From positions 1-53,430 of IMG/VR virus record IMGVR_UViG_3300042312_000048: a stretch of 53,430 bases of DNA, one strand, 5' to 3'. A program made the translations under genes and the position numbers. How positions within the stretch are numbered: position 1 is the first letter of the stretch; each line of letters starts with the position of its first letter. A model generated the notes under the pieces. The model searched no databases. It had not been told where the DNA came from and was given only the letters and a program-made list of their open reading frames with translations. This document shows, piece after piece, positions 30,180-38,682 of this stretch. Source of the DNA: a virus (lineage: Duplodnaviria > Caudoviricetes).

Positions 30180-30518
30180 ATTTGCCGCTTTGAATCCATG
30201 GTAGTGCTATCACAGCACTACCATAAGTTGGATTTGCCTGCCCATCACCCATGTCGTTTGTTCCAATATATCTAGCCTGTTGTGCTGATACATCCTACCG
30301 GTTATACTGTAAAGTTTATGGACTGTAGTTGTAGACTCTCATCTACTATAACGCATGTTACATATCCGCAAAACGAAATAAGATATGTACTCATCGTGGG
30401 TTCGCAAACCTGTCGATTGCCCACTCGGTATGCGACACATATATAATGTGTCTTTACTCCAGATCCGCAGGTAACTAGTGTACTAGACTTGCTCAAGGAG
30501 AGCAGAGCATCCTCTGCC
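30180..30518 (-). ncRNA. Candidate ~340 nt structured non-coding RNA, family not recognised
   Basis: At least eight stems seen by eye, including 11 bp 30198-30208/30214-30224, 8 bp 30359-30366/30382-30389, 7 bp 30434-30440/30446-30452, 6 bp 30502-30507/30512-30517; G-U pairs favour minus strand; 3' end uncertain. Confidence 0.65.
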
Positions 30519-30524
30519 AAACAA

Positions 30525-30551
30525 ATTTTAGATTGTTGTAGAAATTGTCAA
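30525..30551 (-). promoter_or_regulatory. Candidate sigma70-type promoter TTGACA-N15-TAAAAT for the structured RNA
   Basis: -35 at 30551-30546, -10 at 30530-30525; predicted +1 is G30518, the first base of the first hairpin; 15-nt spacer is suboptimal. Confidence 0.5.
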
Positions 30552-31085
30552 AGTTTTAGTTGACGTGGTGTCTGGTGAGTTTGAAGAATATACTTTTAAT
30601 AAATCTGAGTTTAAATTGAAAAAATGGTTGAATTCTATGATTAGCCAGTCTTTATGCTTTTTACTTGTGTAATATAAAAATTGATCAGTAATCCATGTTA
30701 ATTTAGTTTGTACGCAAACAAAACTGCCCTTTCTGTTAAATTTCATAAACAAAATGTTTAAATCATTTTCGTCGCTAACTTCCATCATTTGATCTAACCA
30801 ACTATCTAATACTTTACAATCTCCTGTTAATACAAGATGAAATGGAAAATCAGCGTATGACTTGCATTCTGCGTTAAATCTAGGAAAACTTTGTCCAGGA
30901 ACTATATCACCTTTGAAACTGCGTATCTGTCCCTCATGTAAGATTTGTGTCCTTACTTTATTTTTTCCGCCTACGTATGCACCGCTGCCCGGCGCACGTA
31001 TAAAACTCTCATTGTATTTTTCACTTAAAAATCTAGCGACTTCACGTTCCCAACTAGACCCTTTTTGTTTCTGTGGACTTGGCAT
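30528..31085 (-). CDS. Holliday junction resolvase-like nuclease, Hjc/PD-(D/E)XK family
   Basis: K.KG..WEREVA..L, R.PGSG, GDI, ECK motifs; downstream of gp47/gp46. Confidence 0.8.
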   Translation of the reverse strand: MPSPQKQKGSSWEREVARFLSEKYNESFIRAPGSGAYVGGKNKVRTQILHEGQIRSFKGDIVPGQSFPRFNAECKSYADFPFHLVLTGDCKVLDSWLDQMMEVSDENDLNILFMKFNRKGSFVCVQTKLTWITDQFLYYTSKKHKDWLIIEFNHFFNLNSDLLKVYSSNSPDTTSTKTLTISTTI

Positions 31086-31090
31086 GCGAT

Positions 31091-31098
31091 TACTTATC
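31091..31098 (-). promoter_or_regulatory. Late promoter box variant GATAAGTA
   Basis: 5 nt before ATG 31085, same geometry as boxes at 23696 and 45316. Confidence 0.55.
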
Positions 31099-31107
31099 CC
31101 TGTCTTT

Positions 31108-32211
31108 TTAATTCGTTAAAAATCCTACAGCATAGGGTTCATCTACAAGAGAACTGTGACACTTGTGTTCACATTCTACCCATGCCTTTTTTGTATCATC
31201 AAAACTATTAAAGAGGTATTTCCAAACATCATCATTTAAAACTTCTTCTAATGATTTTGTTTTAATACAAACTTTATCTCTGTATACTTGATGAAAACTA
31301 TCTTTCCAATAAATTCTTTTACGCTCAGTTTCGTTATAGTCATAGGGAAAACTTACCCAACTGCATGGGTGTAGTACTCCATCAGCACTTACATATAAAC
31401 CGCGATTACCTATACTACACATAGGAGTTATAAATTTATTATGCTTACTTGACACTTCTTTATATAAATCATAATTTTTTTGCAGGTATGAATCGTTGTT
31501 TTGTTTTCTACCTGTGATATCTTTAAAATATCTTTCGTACCTATGTGTCTTGCTAATGAATTCGGCTCTAGGTTCTAATGGATCAGTATTACCACCGAAC
31601 GACTCGCCATACTTACTACCGAATTTCGTGCTATAAGTTAGTTGTAATCCGTCGCAACCCTTTTCTTTTGCTAGATTATAGATAGTATCTAAATGGTCTT
31701 GATTAAACGAAAATACAATAGTTGCCCAATAAACGAATGCAGGGCTTTCCTTACACATGATTTCCATACCAGTCATTATAGATTCCCAATCATTGTTGAC
31801 TCTGTATAGATCGTTAGATTTTTCATCATACCCATCTATACTAAAGTTTATGGTATCATACTCATTTGATAGTTTTGCGAATTTTCGCCACCAGTCTGGT
31901 TTTTTGTAACTTCCATTTGTTATAGTATAGATATGAATCTTTTCGTTATGACTTTTGATATACTCAATAATTTCAAGGTACTGTGAAGCATAAATCGGAT
32001 CTCCGATATCACCGCACATTGTGATTCTCTTTACTTCATTCTTAAGTAAGTCAGGAGTTAATGTATTCTCAAAAAACTTTAAATCAAGTTCATGATTAAA
32101 CCACGGTACACGATCTGTGTCATTTCTAGGACATCTAGGACATTGTAGCGTACATTTGCCGCTTACTTCAAAATGCCAATGATATAATTGCCATGGATAT
32201 TTTAAGTTCAT
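31108..32211 (-). CDS. Radical SAM enzyme with SPASM/twitch-like C-terminal cysteines
   Basis: CTLQCPRC (CxxxCxxC), GDP, TNG, FSIDG, C..G...YVSADG.LHPC, terminal CEHKC. Confidence 0.92.
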   Translation of the reverse strand: MNLKYPWQLYHWHFEVSGKCTLQCPRCPRNDTDRVPWFNHELDLKFFENTLTPDLLKNEVKRITMCGDIGDPIYASQYLEIIEYIKSHNEKIHIYTITNGSYKKPDWWRKFAKLSNEYDTINFSIDGYDEKSNDLYRVNNDWESIMTGMEIMCKESPAFVYWATIVFSFNQDHLDTIYNLAKEKGCDGLQLTYSTKFGSKYGESFGGNTDPLEPRAEFISKTHRYERYFKDITGRKQNNDSYLQKNYDLYKEVSSKHNKFITPMCSIGNRGLYVSADGVLHPCSWVSFPYDYNETERKRIYWKDSFHQVYRDKVCIKTKSLEEVLNDDVWKYLFNSFDDTKKAWVECEHKCHSSLVDEPYAVGFLTN

Positions 32212-32810
32212 GGACTTATCTCAATAAATTTTATATTGTCATCAAATAAGATTTTGATGATTTGTCCTGCAACATATTTGGCTGTTAGATGTTTATTTTG
32301 ATAAATGTCCTGATATCTTTCAGTATCATTTTTATATCTGTTTTTATTAAAATTTGTTTTAGTAAGACCTACACGAACCTCTAAAGTCCTTATATTAGGA
32401 TACTCTATTTGAAGCATACTATTAAAGTCTGACAATGATTTTTTAGTTAAACTATAAGTTAAATTATTAGGGTAATATCTTTTATTATTAGTGCTAGTAA
32501 TATTAACAATCTTACAATTTGAATTTTGTTTTAATACTTTTTGTGTCAGTAAGACAGGAGATAATAAGTTGGTATTTAAAATAGAAACGACATTATTTGG
32601 ATCATGGTTATCAAAAATTATCTTACCGCCTATATCTGTACCGGCCATGTTAATTAGTATATCAACCTCGGGCATGTCAAATTCTATAACGTCTTGTATA
32701 TTAGATAAGTCTAAAATATCCCGGGTGAGCGGTATAATCTCAAACTTGTCAAGACTATTGGTTAATTCTTTTCCAATACCGCTATTGGCACCCGTTATTG
32801 CTATTTTCAT
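32208..32810 (-). CDS. Short-chain dehydrogenase/reductase (SDR)
   Basis: TGANSGIG, INMAG, IVNITS, catalytic YSLTK. Confidence 0.92.
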   Translation of the reverse strand: MKIAITGANSGIGKELTNSLDKFEIIPLTRDILDLSNIQDVIEFDMPEVDILINMAGTDIGGKIIFDNHDPNNVVSILNTNLLSPVLLTQKVLKQNSNCKIVNITSTNNKRYYPNNLTYSLTKKSLSDFNSMLQIEYPNIRTLEVRVGLTKTNFNKNRYKNDTERYQDIYQNKHLTAKYVAGQIIKILFDDNIKFIEISP

Positions 32811-34573
32811 AGTACAAGGTCATGTGTCGTATTATATGTTGTAAAGCCATTCTCTTTAACGACCTTGAGAACGCTAGGTACACGACCGGCTAATTCTTCT
32901 CTATGTGAGACTAGCCATACGCTCTTGTTACGATTACGGCTCATATCCTTCAAGATAGCCATGCTATTCTCAACACCAATGCTATCCATACCGCTATCAA
33001 TAAGTTCGTCAATAAACAAGGTATTGATAGGACTGTATAGACTTTCCCATACATCACGGAATGCAAACGACAGTCCTAATATCAATCTGTTACGTTCACC
33101 GCGACTTAAGTTATCAAAGTCTAACTCGCGCCCATACTCAGTTATCTCAACAGATAGATCGTTTAAAAATATTACTTGATGAGGTAATCCGATTCTATCA
33201 AGGTAGTGTGTGAGCCTTGCGTTGAGATAACTGAGATTTTGATCTATGATTTTCTTGCGTACAAAACTGTCTTTGTTTGTTAATAGGTCTAATAAAAACT
33301 TTTGATGTTCAAGAAGTTTAGTATATGCGTTAATACTATTAAAGTCAACAATTTGTAAGGCCTGATTCTCCATCTCACTTATTTGATCTGTATATGGATT
33401 TTCTTCCTTTGATTTTTCATCAATTTTACTAATAAGGCTATCTACTAGGCTACGATGCTGAAATGCTTCTTGCTCTGTATCATAGTAGAGAACTGGCTGT
33501 TTGCCAATCGTTCCTAGTTCTTGTTTGGCTTTGTGGTAGGTTGCCAAACTAATATTAAGTGTTTCAATATTCTTTTCAGTTTCTTTTACAAACTTTTCTT
33601 TTTCTTTTTGTAATTTCTTATGCTGATCGTCATGTATCTCTTGACCGCAAGTATGGCACTTATGTTCTTCAATCGTGGCTAATTCTTTCTTAGCCTTTTT
33701 AAGTGCTTTCTCTTCACGCTCTACATCAGCCTCTTCTCTTGCGATAGCCTTGTCAATATCAGCATGATCTTTCTTTCGCTGATTATATGCAGCCAAATCT
33801 TTATGACCTTGAAGTTCAGCATCAATATCTAACTTCTTAAGTTCATCTAAATCATCTGTTAGTTTCTTTAAATCATCACTGTGCTTGACATCCCAAAGTT
33901 TTGCTCTGCGTTTTAAATTTTCAATTTGTTCTAATATACGCTTGTTTGCTTCTTCAATTGCCTTGTTTTTATATTCTTCTTCTGTGATTTTATCTTTAGT
34001 TTGTTTAATTTGGTCTTTGATTAGTTCTGCTTTTTCGCTGAGTAATGTGATGCCAAGCAACTGTTCAATAATGTTACGTTGTTCATTTGTTTTCATCGCT
34101 AAGAACGGCTCGCTGTATGTGTTTAACGCAATGATTTGCTTGAACATATCAGGAGTCATTCCAATAGCACGTTCAATATGCTCTTGTGTTTCTTTGTTTT
34201 CACCTTGAGCATCGTTGACACATTCTTCTTCTTTATTATCTACATAAAACTTGAGTATGTTCGGCTTGCGACCACGTTCAATTTTATAGTCTACACCATT
34301 ACACTGAAATTCTAATGTAACCATCATGCCTTTAGCATTGGTGCGATTTATTAAGTTATCTTTACGAATGTTGTTGATTGGGGTTCCAAACAACACATAA
34401 CTCAAACCCTGAATAAGAGTAGTCTTACCAGTGCCATTTCTAGCACCATCTCCGCCTAGATCAAGATTCTCTCCTAAAATCAGAGTTAATTCTTTACTAT
34501 CAAAGTTTACAGCCTGGGTAACGGCACCTATTGATAAAAAATTTCGTAATGTTATATTTTTTAGTTGTATCAT
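32807..34573 (-). CDS. gp46: Recombination nuclease ATPase subunit (Rad50/SbcC-like)
   Basis: Walker A NGTGKTT, hook CHTC, signature LSRGE, Walker B LFIDE, SH loop. Confidence 0.95.
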   Translation of the reverse strand: MIQLKNITLRNFLSIGAVTQAVNFDSKELTLILGENLDLGGDGARNGTGKTTLIQGLSYVLFGTPINNIRKDNLINRTNAKGMMVTLEFQCNGVDYKIERGRKPNILKFYVDNKEEECVNDAQGENKETQEHIERAIGMTPDMFKQIIALNTYSEPFLAMKTNEQRNIIEQLLGITLLSEKAELIKDQIKQTKDKITEEEYKNKAIEEANKRILEQIENLKRRAKLWDVKHSDDLKKLTDDLDELKKLDIDAELQGHKDLAAYNQRKKDHADIDKAIAREEADVEREEKALKKAKKELATIEEHKCHTCGQEIHDDQHKKLQKEKEKFVKETEKNIETLNISLATYHKAKQELGTIGKQPVLYYDTEQEAFQHRSLVDSLISKIDEKSKEENPYTDQISEMENQALQIVDFNSINAYTKLLEHQKFLLDLLTNKDSFVRKKIIDQNLSYLNARLTHYLDRIGLPHQVIFLNDLSVEITEYGRELDFDNLSRGERNRLILGLSFAFRDVWESLYSPINTLFIDELIDSGMDSIGVENSMAILKDMSRNRNKSVWLVSHREELAGRVPSVLKVVKENGFTTYNTTHDLVL

Positions 34574-35586
34574 AGATTTCTATAAATCTCAAGCAACACT
34601 TTAGGATCATAATGTTGACTTTCAATATTGCTTATTTGATCTGTTATTATCTGATCTATGCTTTCAAATTTCAACTCACCTGGAGCAAGATCCACTGCAT
34701 GTTGATCAAGTTTCATAGGTATCAATGCCATTTCGCGCAATTGATGTTTCGGTACTAGTGTTTCTTTGATATAGTTGGCTTCCTCATAACTGATATCAAT
34801 ATCAAGATGTACACGAACACTTCCGCGCGGTAGTAGATATCCATCAGGATTTTCTAATACATCGCTCAATTTATAAACACGGAATGTGGGTTGTTTAGGC
34901 CATGATTTGAATACTGGGTCACAACCCCATTCTAATATCATCATGCCCCTAGCATCATCACCTGCGTCAGCATAGTTGTGCGGGAAAGCATTGCCCATGT
35001 ACCAAATGTTCTTACGTGACTGACGTTTATGAAAATGCCCTGAGTATACTTGCTCAAATCCACATACGTGAGCATCACTTATTTCACCGTGATCCGGCAT
35101 CTCAACCATTGCGTTCATGTAGAAGCGTGGCAGTTCAAGATGCGAAAACAAATATTTTGTTTTGAACTTGAGTAGTTTCTTATATTCATCTCCTACAAGC
35201 CAGGGAGAAATAGTTACATCGCCTTCACTAAACCAATCATTTACGATATGTACATTGGGTAAATGCTTTGCCCACTCTACACTATGAATATCTCTACGGT
35301 CACGATAATAAAGATCGTGATTGCCTGGAATGAAATGCACTGTTTGAAAAGCATCATTTAGTTTTTCTAATGCACGTAGTCCATACTGCATAGTGTGGAT
35401 ATTGATGCTTGCTCTGTGGTGATTGTAATCACCTAAGAAAAAGCAAGTTTCACAACCTTCTTGTTTAGCAGTTTCTATGAACCAATCAACAAAATCGGAA
35501 CAGTCTTGATTATGTTCAAGACTGTTTGACTTCAAGCCGAAATGTATGTCTGTAAAAACTGCTGCCTTTTTAAATAAATTAGACAT
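34570..35586 (-). CDS. gp47: Recombination nuclease subunit (Mre11/SbcD-like)
   Basis: DIH, LGD, GNHD, SGHFH phosphoesterase motifs; ATG 35586; ATGA overlap with gp46. Confidence 0.95.
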   Translation of the reverse strand: MSNLFKKAAVFTDIHFGLKSNSLEHNQDCSDFVDWFIETAKQEGCETCFFLGDYNHHRASINIHTMQYGLRALEKLNDAFQTVHFIPGNHDLYYRDRRDIHSVEWAKHLPNVHIVNDWFSEGDVTISPWLVGDEYKKLLKFKTKYLFSHLELPRFYMNAMVEMPDHGEISDAHVCGFEQVYSGHFHKRQSRKNIWYMGNAFPHNYADAGDDARGMMILEWGCDPVFKSWPKQPTFRVYKLSDVLENPDGYLLPRGSVRVHLDIDISYEEANYIKETLVPKHQLREMALIPMKLDQHAVDLAPGELKFESIDQIITDQISNIESQHYDPKVLLEIYRNL

Positions 35587-35630
35587 CAATATAGTTTATC
35601 TAAGTTGTTGATTTACTTAAAGTTTTTTGG

Positions 35631-36527
35631 TTATTCTTCGTAGACGTTGAATTTCATGCCTGCCATCTGACGAGTATGGCTTGGGTTCAATCCATTCATT
35701 TCTAAAATATCGTCACGTATATTTTGATTACGTTTTTCAGTATTCAATACGCGGCAGAAACTATTTGTGATAGCAGCCGTGTAATATGCGAATGGATTGG
35801 CTGACTTAGCCTCATTGAAACGTAATCCAACATATGTGAGTTGAAGTATGGCGCTGTTACGCATCTCATCGTTATACGTGTATCCACGCCAGTTGAACTT
35901 CATAGCATACTTTTCACAAAGCATGATGAACATACGTGCTAACTTATCAGTTAATTGACCATGATCTTTACTGAACTCACCGGTCTTCACACCACCCTTC
36001 CAGTGACTCTTGCCCACGCAAACTGCGCTGTTATTTTCATCAAGTTTGTAATGCTGGAAGGGAGGAAAGTTGACCTTGACATGAACCATATCATCTACAT
36101 CATCCTTAGTCTCTTCAATCTCTAAATCTTCAAATAGATTTTCATCTTCAACGTCATCAAACTCAAGGATATCTTTAGCAGTTTTTTTCTTTACAATCTT
36201 TCTAGGTTGTTTTGGGCTGACTGGAATATGATCCCAAGTCATGACACGAAAGACTAGATCGGTTACTGGAATGTCCTTTAGTTTTACTTCTTGTCCAGTT
36301 GTATTAAGAATTCTTGCTGCCCTTGCTTCTCTAGCAGCCTTGATGTTTTTGGGTCTTGATAATTGATCTAATGACTTTTCTAATGGGCTCTGCGGCATGT
36401 CTATGATTAGATCATATTGATGATATTCTTGACGGCTGTAGCAGCAATAACTGGTCTTGCTTGCGTGAATCTCTTTAAGAATATCTTTATTGTTTAAATA
36501 GTTTACTGGTTTTTTCGCTGTAGACAT
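35631..36527 (-). CDS. gp55: Late transcription sigma factor, T4 gp55 family, with large insertion
   Basis: NYLNNKD, N..GYT..DEM, F...KS.NPFAY.T....NSF motifs; ATG 36527 has SD GAGG; adjacent to gp47 as in T4. Confidence 0.9.
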   Translation of the reverse strand: MSTAKKPVNYLNNKDILKEIHASKTSYCCYSRQEYHQYDLIIDMPQSPLEKSLDQLSRPKNIKAAREARAARILNTTGQEVKLKDIPVTDLVFRVMTWDHIPVSPKQPRKIVKKKTAKDILEFDDVEDENLFEDLEIEETKDDVDDMVHVKVNFPPFQHYKLDENNSAVCVGKSHWKGGVKTGEFSKDHGQLTDKLARMFIMLCEKYAMKFNWRGYTYNDEMRNSAILQLTYVGLRFNEAKSANPFAYYTAAITNSFCRVLNTEKRNQNIRDDILEMNGLNPSHTRQMAGMKFNVYEE

Positions 36528-36554
36528 AGTTCCTCTTATTATTTTGTTGTAAAA

Positions 36555-36583
36555 ATGATACATGACCTGACACTACATGTCAA
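36555..36583 (-). promoter_or_regulatory. Host sigma70-type promoter TTGACA-N17-TATCAT for gp55
   Basis: Perfect -35 (36583-36578), 17-nt spacer, 5/6 -10 (36560-36555). Confidence 0.8.
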
Positions 36584-36616
36584 GCCTCATTTAACAAAAT
36601 TGGTGATTTTTAGGGC

Positions 36617-36624
36617 GATAAATA
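36617..36624 (+). promoter_or_regulatory. T4-type late promoter box GATAAATA
   Basis: Upstream of the baseplate operon starting at 36670. Confidence 0.7.
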
Positions 36625-36669
36625 ATACACAGACATGCTATTTATACGTATCGTATTAGAGGTTTATTA

Positions 36670-38367
36670 ATGGCTACTTGCGCTGAATTATCACAACAGG
36701 CACAGAAATTTGCTACAGCATTAGCACAAGCAACAATAAGAGGAGACAACCTCTTAAAGTTACCTATACCTAATACAACTAACCCTTCTGAAACCCTAGC
36801 TGTACAGACACAGATTACCGGCTTAGTCAACAGCATGAATATAGTTAATGCTGAAATAAACAAACAACTTAGCAATTTAAATTCTACTAGAAGTCAACAG
36901 GAAGCACAGAATTGTCCTAGAGACGGCTATTTTAATACTAGAAAGGCGGCAGAAAAAACATTAGCAGCATTACAAAGTAAAACTCAAGTAGCACAACAAA
37001 CTTTTCAAAATTTACCACCTGCGCCATCATCTAATACTGCTGTTGTGCCCAGCGGCAATACTTTGATCACGCCTGGGACGCAAGCCCCGAACGATTTTCC
37101 AACAATTACTGTTATAGGTACTAAAATACCTGACGGCAAAATTACGGTTGCTGATCCTAATTTGGTCACGCCGTCATTAGATCCTGCACTATTAGGTCCT
37201 CCAAATATTAATACAGGACAACTTGAAGGTACTGATGTTAATATTCCTACTGGTGCAGGTAATATAGATGTTACTGCACCAAACTTAAACATCACGGGGG
37301 AATTGCAAGGTGGTGACGTAAACATCCCAACAAACGCAGGAAATATAGATGTCACAGCGCCAAACTTTGACCTTACTGAAGATGAAGAATTAGAAGAAGT
37401 CGTGGTTACTGCCAACAGAGCTCCAACAACGCAAGGTGCAGTACAAAATACTAGAAAGCAAGCATCACTAAGACAAGAAACAAATTTTGAAGCACGAAAA
37501 GACTGGCGCGTTAAGTTGTCTTTAAGCCCCGGCGCTACATATTTGTATAACGATAACTCAAATGTTTTATTAGCACCTCTAAGAGGTACTAATGGTGTTA
37601 TTTTCCCATATACCCCTAGTGTACAAGTAGGATATAGCGCAGCATATGGAAATTACCGTCCATCGGGTTCAAACTATTCATATCCATATTATGATAGTAG
37701 CGCCATAGATAGTATTTCAATAACAGGTGACTTTACCGCTCAAGATAATTATGAAGCAAATTATCTATTGGCAACGATACACTTTTTCAGATCGGTCACG
37801 AAAATGTTCTATGCATTAGACTCAAATCCTAAAGCTGGTACGCCTCCCCCAGTTTTATTTCTAACAGGATTCGGACAATTTATGTTTAACAATCACCCAT
37901 TGGTGATAACTAATTTTACATATACTACTCCAACAGATGTAGACTATATCAGAGCAGGAAACTTTACACAAGGTGCTGGGTCACAAACAAATGACAGTAA
38001 TAACGATGCCCTTAAAAAATCAACAAACTGGAATTGGGGAACATTGTTACAAAACACTATACAAAATACATTGGCTTCGGGCGCAGCAGCAATTGGTAAT
38101 TTCTTGAACTTTAGTAAAGACTATAATGTGTTGACTCCAGGTGGAGAATTAGGACAGGCTAATTGGACTTATTCAGGATTTAAAGGATTTAATTCGGGAG
38201 AAACAGCAAATCCAACATATGTACCCACTAGAATGCAGATACAACTTTCAGCAATGCCTGTACCAAGCAGACTAGATGTCAGTAACTACTTCAGTCTCAA
38301 AGATTATGCTAACGGTAAGTTGTTGAGTGGATACAACGGAAAAGGTAAAGGCGCAGGATTCTGGTAA
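36670..38367 (+). CDS. Baseplate/tail-tube junction protein (gp48/gp54-like) with long N-terminal extension
   Basis: C-terminal domain GVIFPYTP..ISITGDFT..FFRSVTKM..G.PPPV..L...G..F...P.VITNF resembles tube-initiator folds; directly upstream of gp53-like gene. Confidence 0.65.
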   Translation: MATCAELSQQAQKFATALAQATIRGDNLLKLPIPNTTNPSETLAVQTQITGLVNSMNIVNAEINKQLSNLNSTRSQQEAQNCPRDGYFNTRKAAEKTLAALQSKTQVAQQTFQNLPPAPSSNTAVVPSGNTLITPGTQAPNDFPTITVIGTKIPDGKITVADPNLVTPSLDPALLGPPNINTGQLEGTDVNIPTGAGNIDVTAPNLNITGELQGGDVNIPTNAGNIDVTAPNFDLTEDEELEEVVVTANRAPTTQGAVQNTRKQASLRQETNFEARKDWRVKLSLSPGATYLYNDNSNVLLAPLRGTNGVIFPYTPSVQVGYSAAYGNYRPSGSNYSYPYYDSSAIDSISITGDFTAQDNYEANYLLATIHFFRSVTKMFYALDSNPKAGTPPPVLFLTGFGQFMFNNHPLVITNFTYTTPTDVDYIRAGNFTQGAGSQTNDSNNDALKKSTNWNWGTLLQNTIQNTLASGAAAIGNFLNFSKDYNVLTPGGELGQANWTYSGFKGFNSGETANPTYVPTRMQIQLSAMPVPSRLDVSNYFSLKDYANGKLLSGYNGKGKGAGFW

Positions 38368-38681
38368 TGTCACAAAATAATATATACCCATCAACAAGTC
38401 CTTACAGAGACACAGAAATTTTTAATAATAAATTTCTTGACTTTATGGTCAATAGACCTTTCCCTGCATCTAGTAGCGATGTTCTTTATACATTGCCTAT
38501 CGCTTATCAATATCGTCCTGACTTGTTAGCATATCATTTATATAATGACAGCAGGTTATGGTGGGTATTTGCAGCAAGAAATCCTAATCGTTTAGGATTT
38601 GACCCTTATTTTGATTTTGTAGCAGGCATACAAATATACATACCAAAATTAGAAACATTACGTCAATATTTAGGTATATAA
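38367..38681 (+). CDS. gp53: Baseplate wedge LysM-like subunit, gp53-like
   Basis: YRPDLLAY.LY....LWWVF..RN and G..I.IP motifs. Confidence 0.8.
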   Translation: MSQNNIYPSTSPYRDTEIFNNKFLDFMVNRPFPASSSDVLYTLPIAYQYRPDLLAYHLYNDSRLWWVFAARNPNRLGFDPYFDFVAGIQIYIPKLETLRQYLGI

Positions 38682-38682
38682 C

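Noticed and set aside
30180-30518. Group I intron, tmRNA, RNase P RNA or tRNA identity for the structured region
   Set aside because: Only a partial ACAGUCC resemblance to a group I S element with no P7 partner and no interrupted gene; no tRNA-like ends or RNase P GAGGAAAGUCC motif seen.
30302-30520. 72 aa ORF inside the structured region
   Set aside because: TTG start without SD, no recognisable protein features, sequence better explained by base-paired stems; a small peptide cannot be fully excluded.
36528-36563. Upstream ATG extending gp55 to 310 aa
   Set aside because: It lies inside the promoter spacer; ATG 36527 has an SD and matches the gp55 N-terminus.
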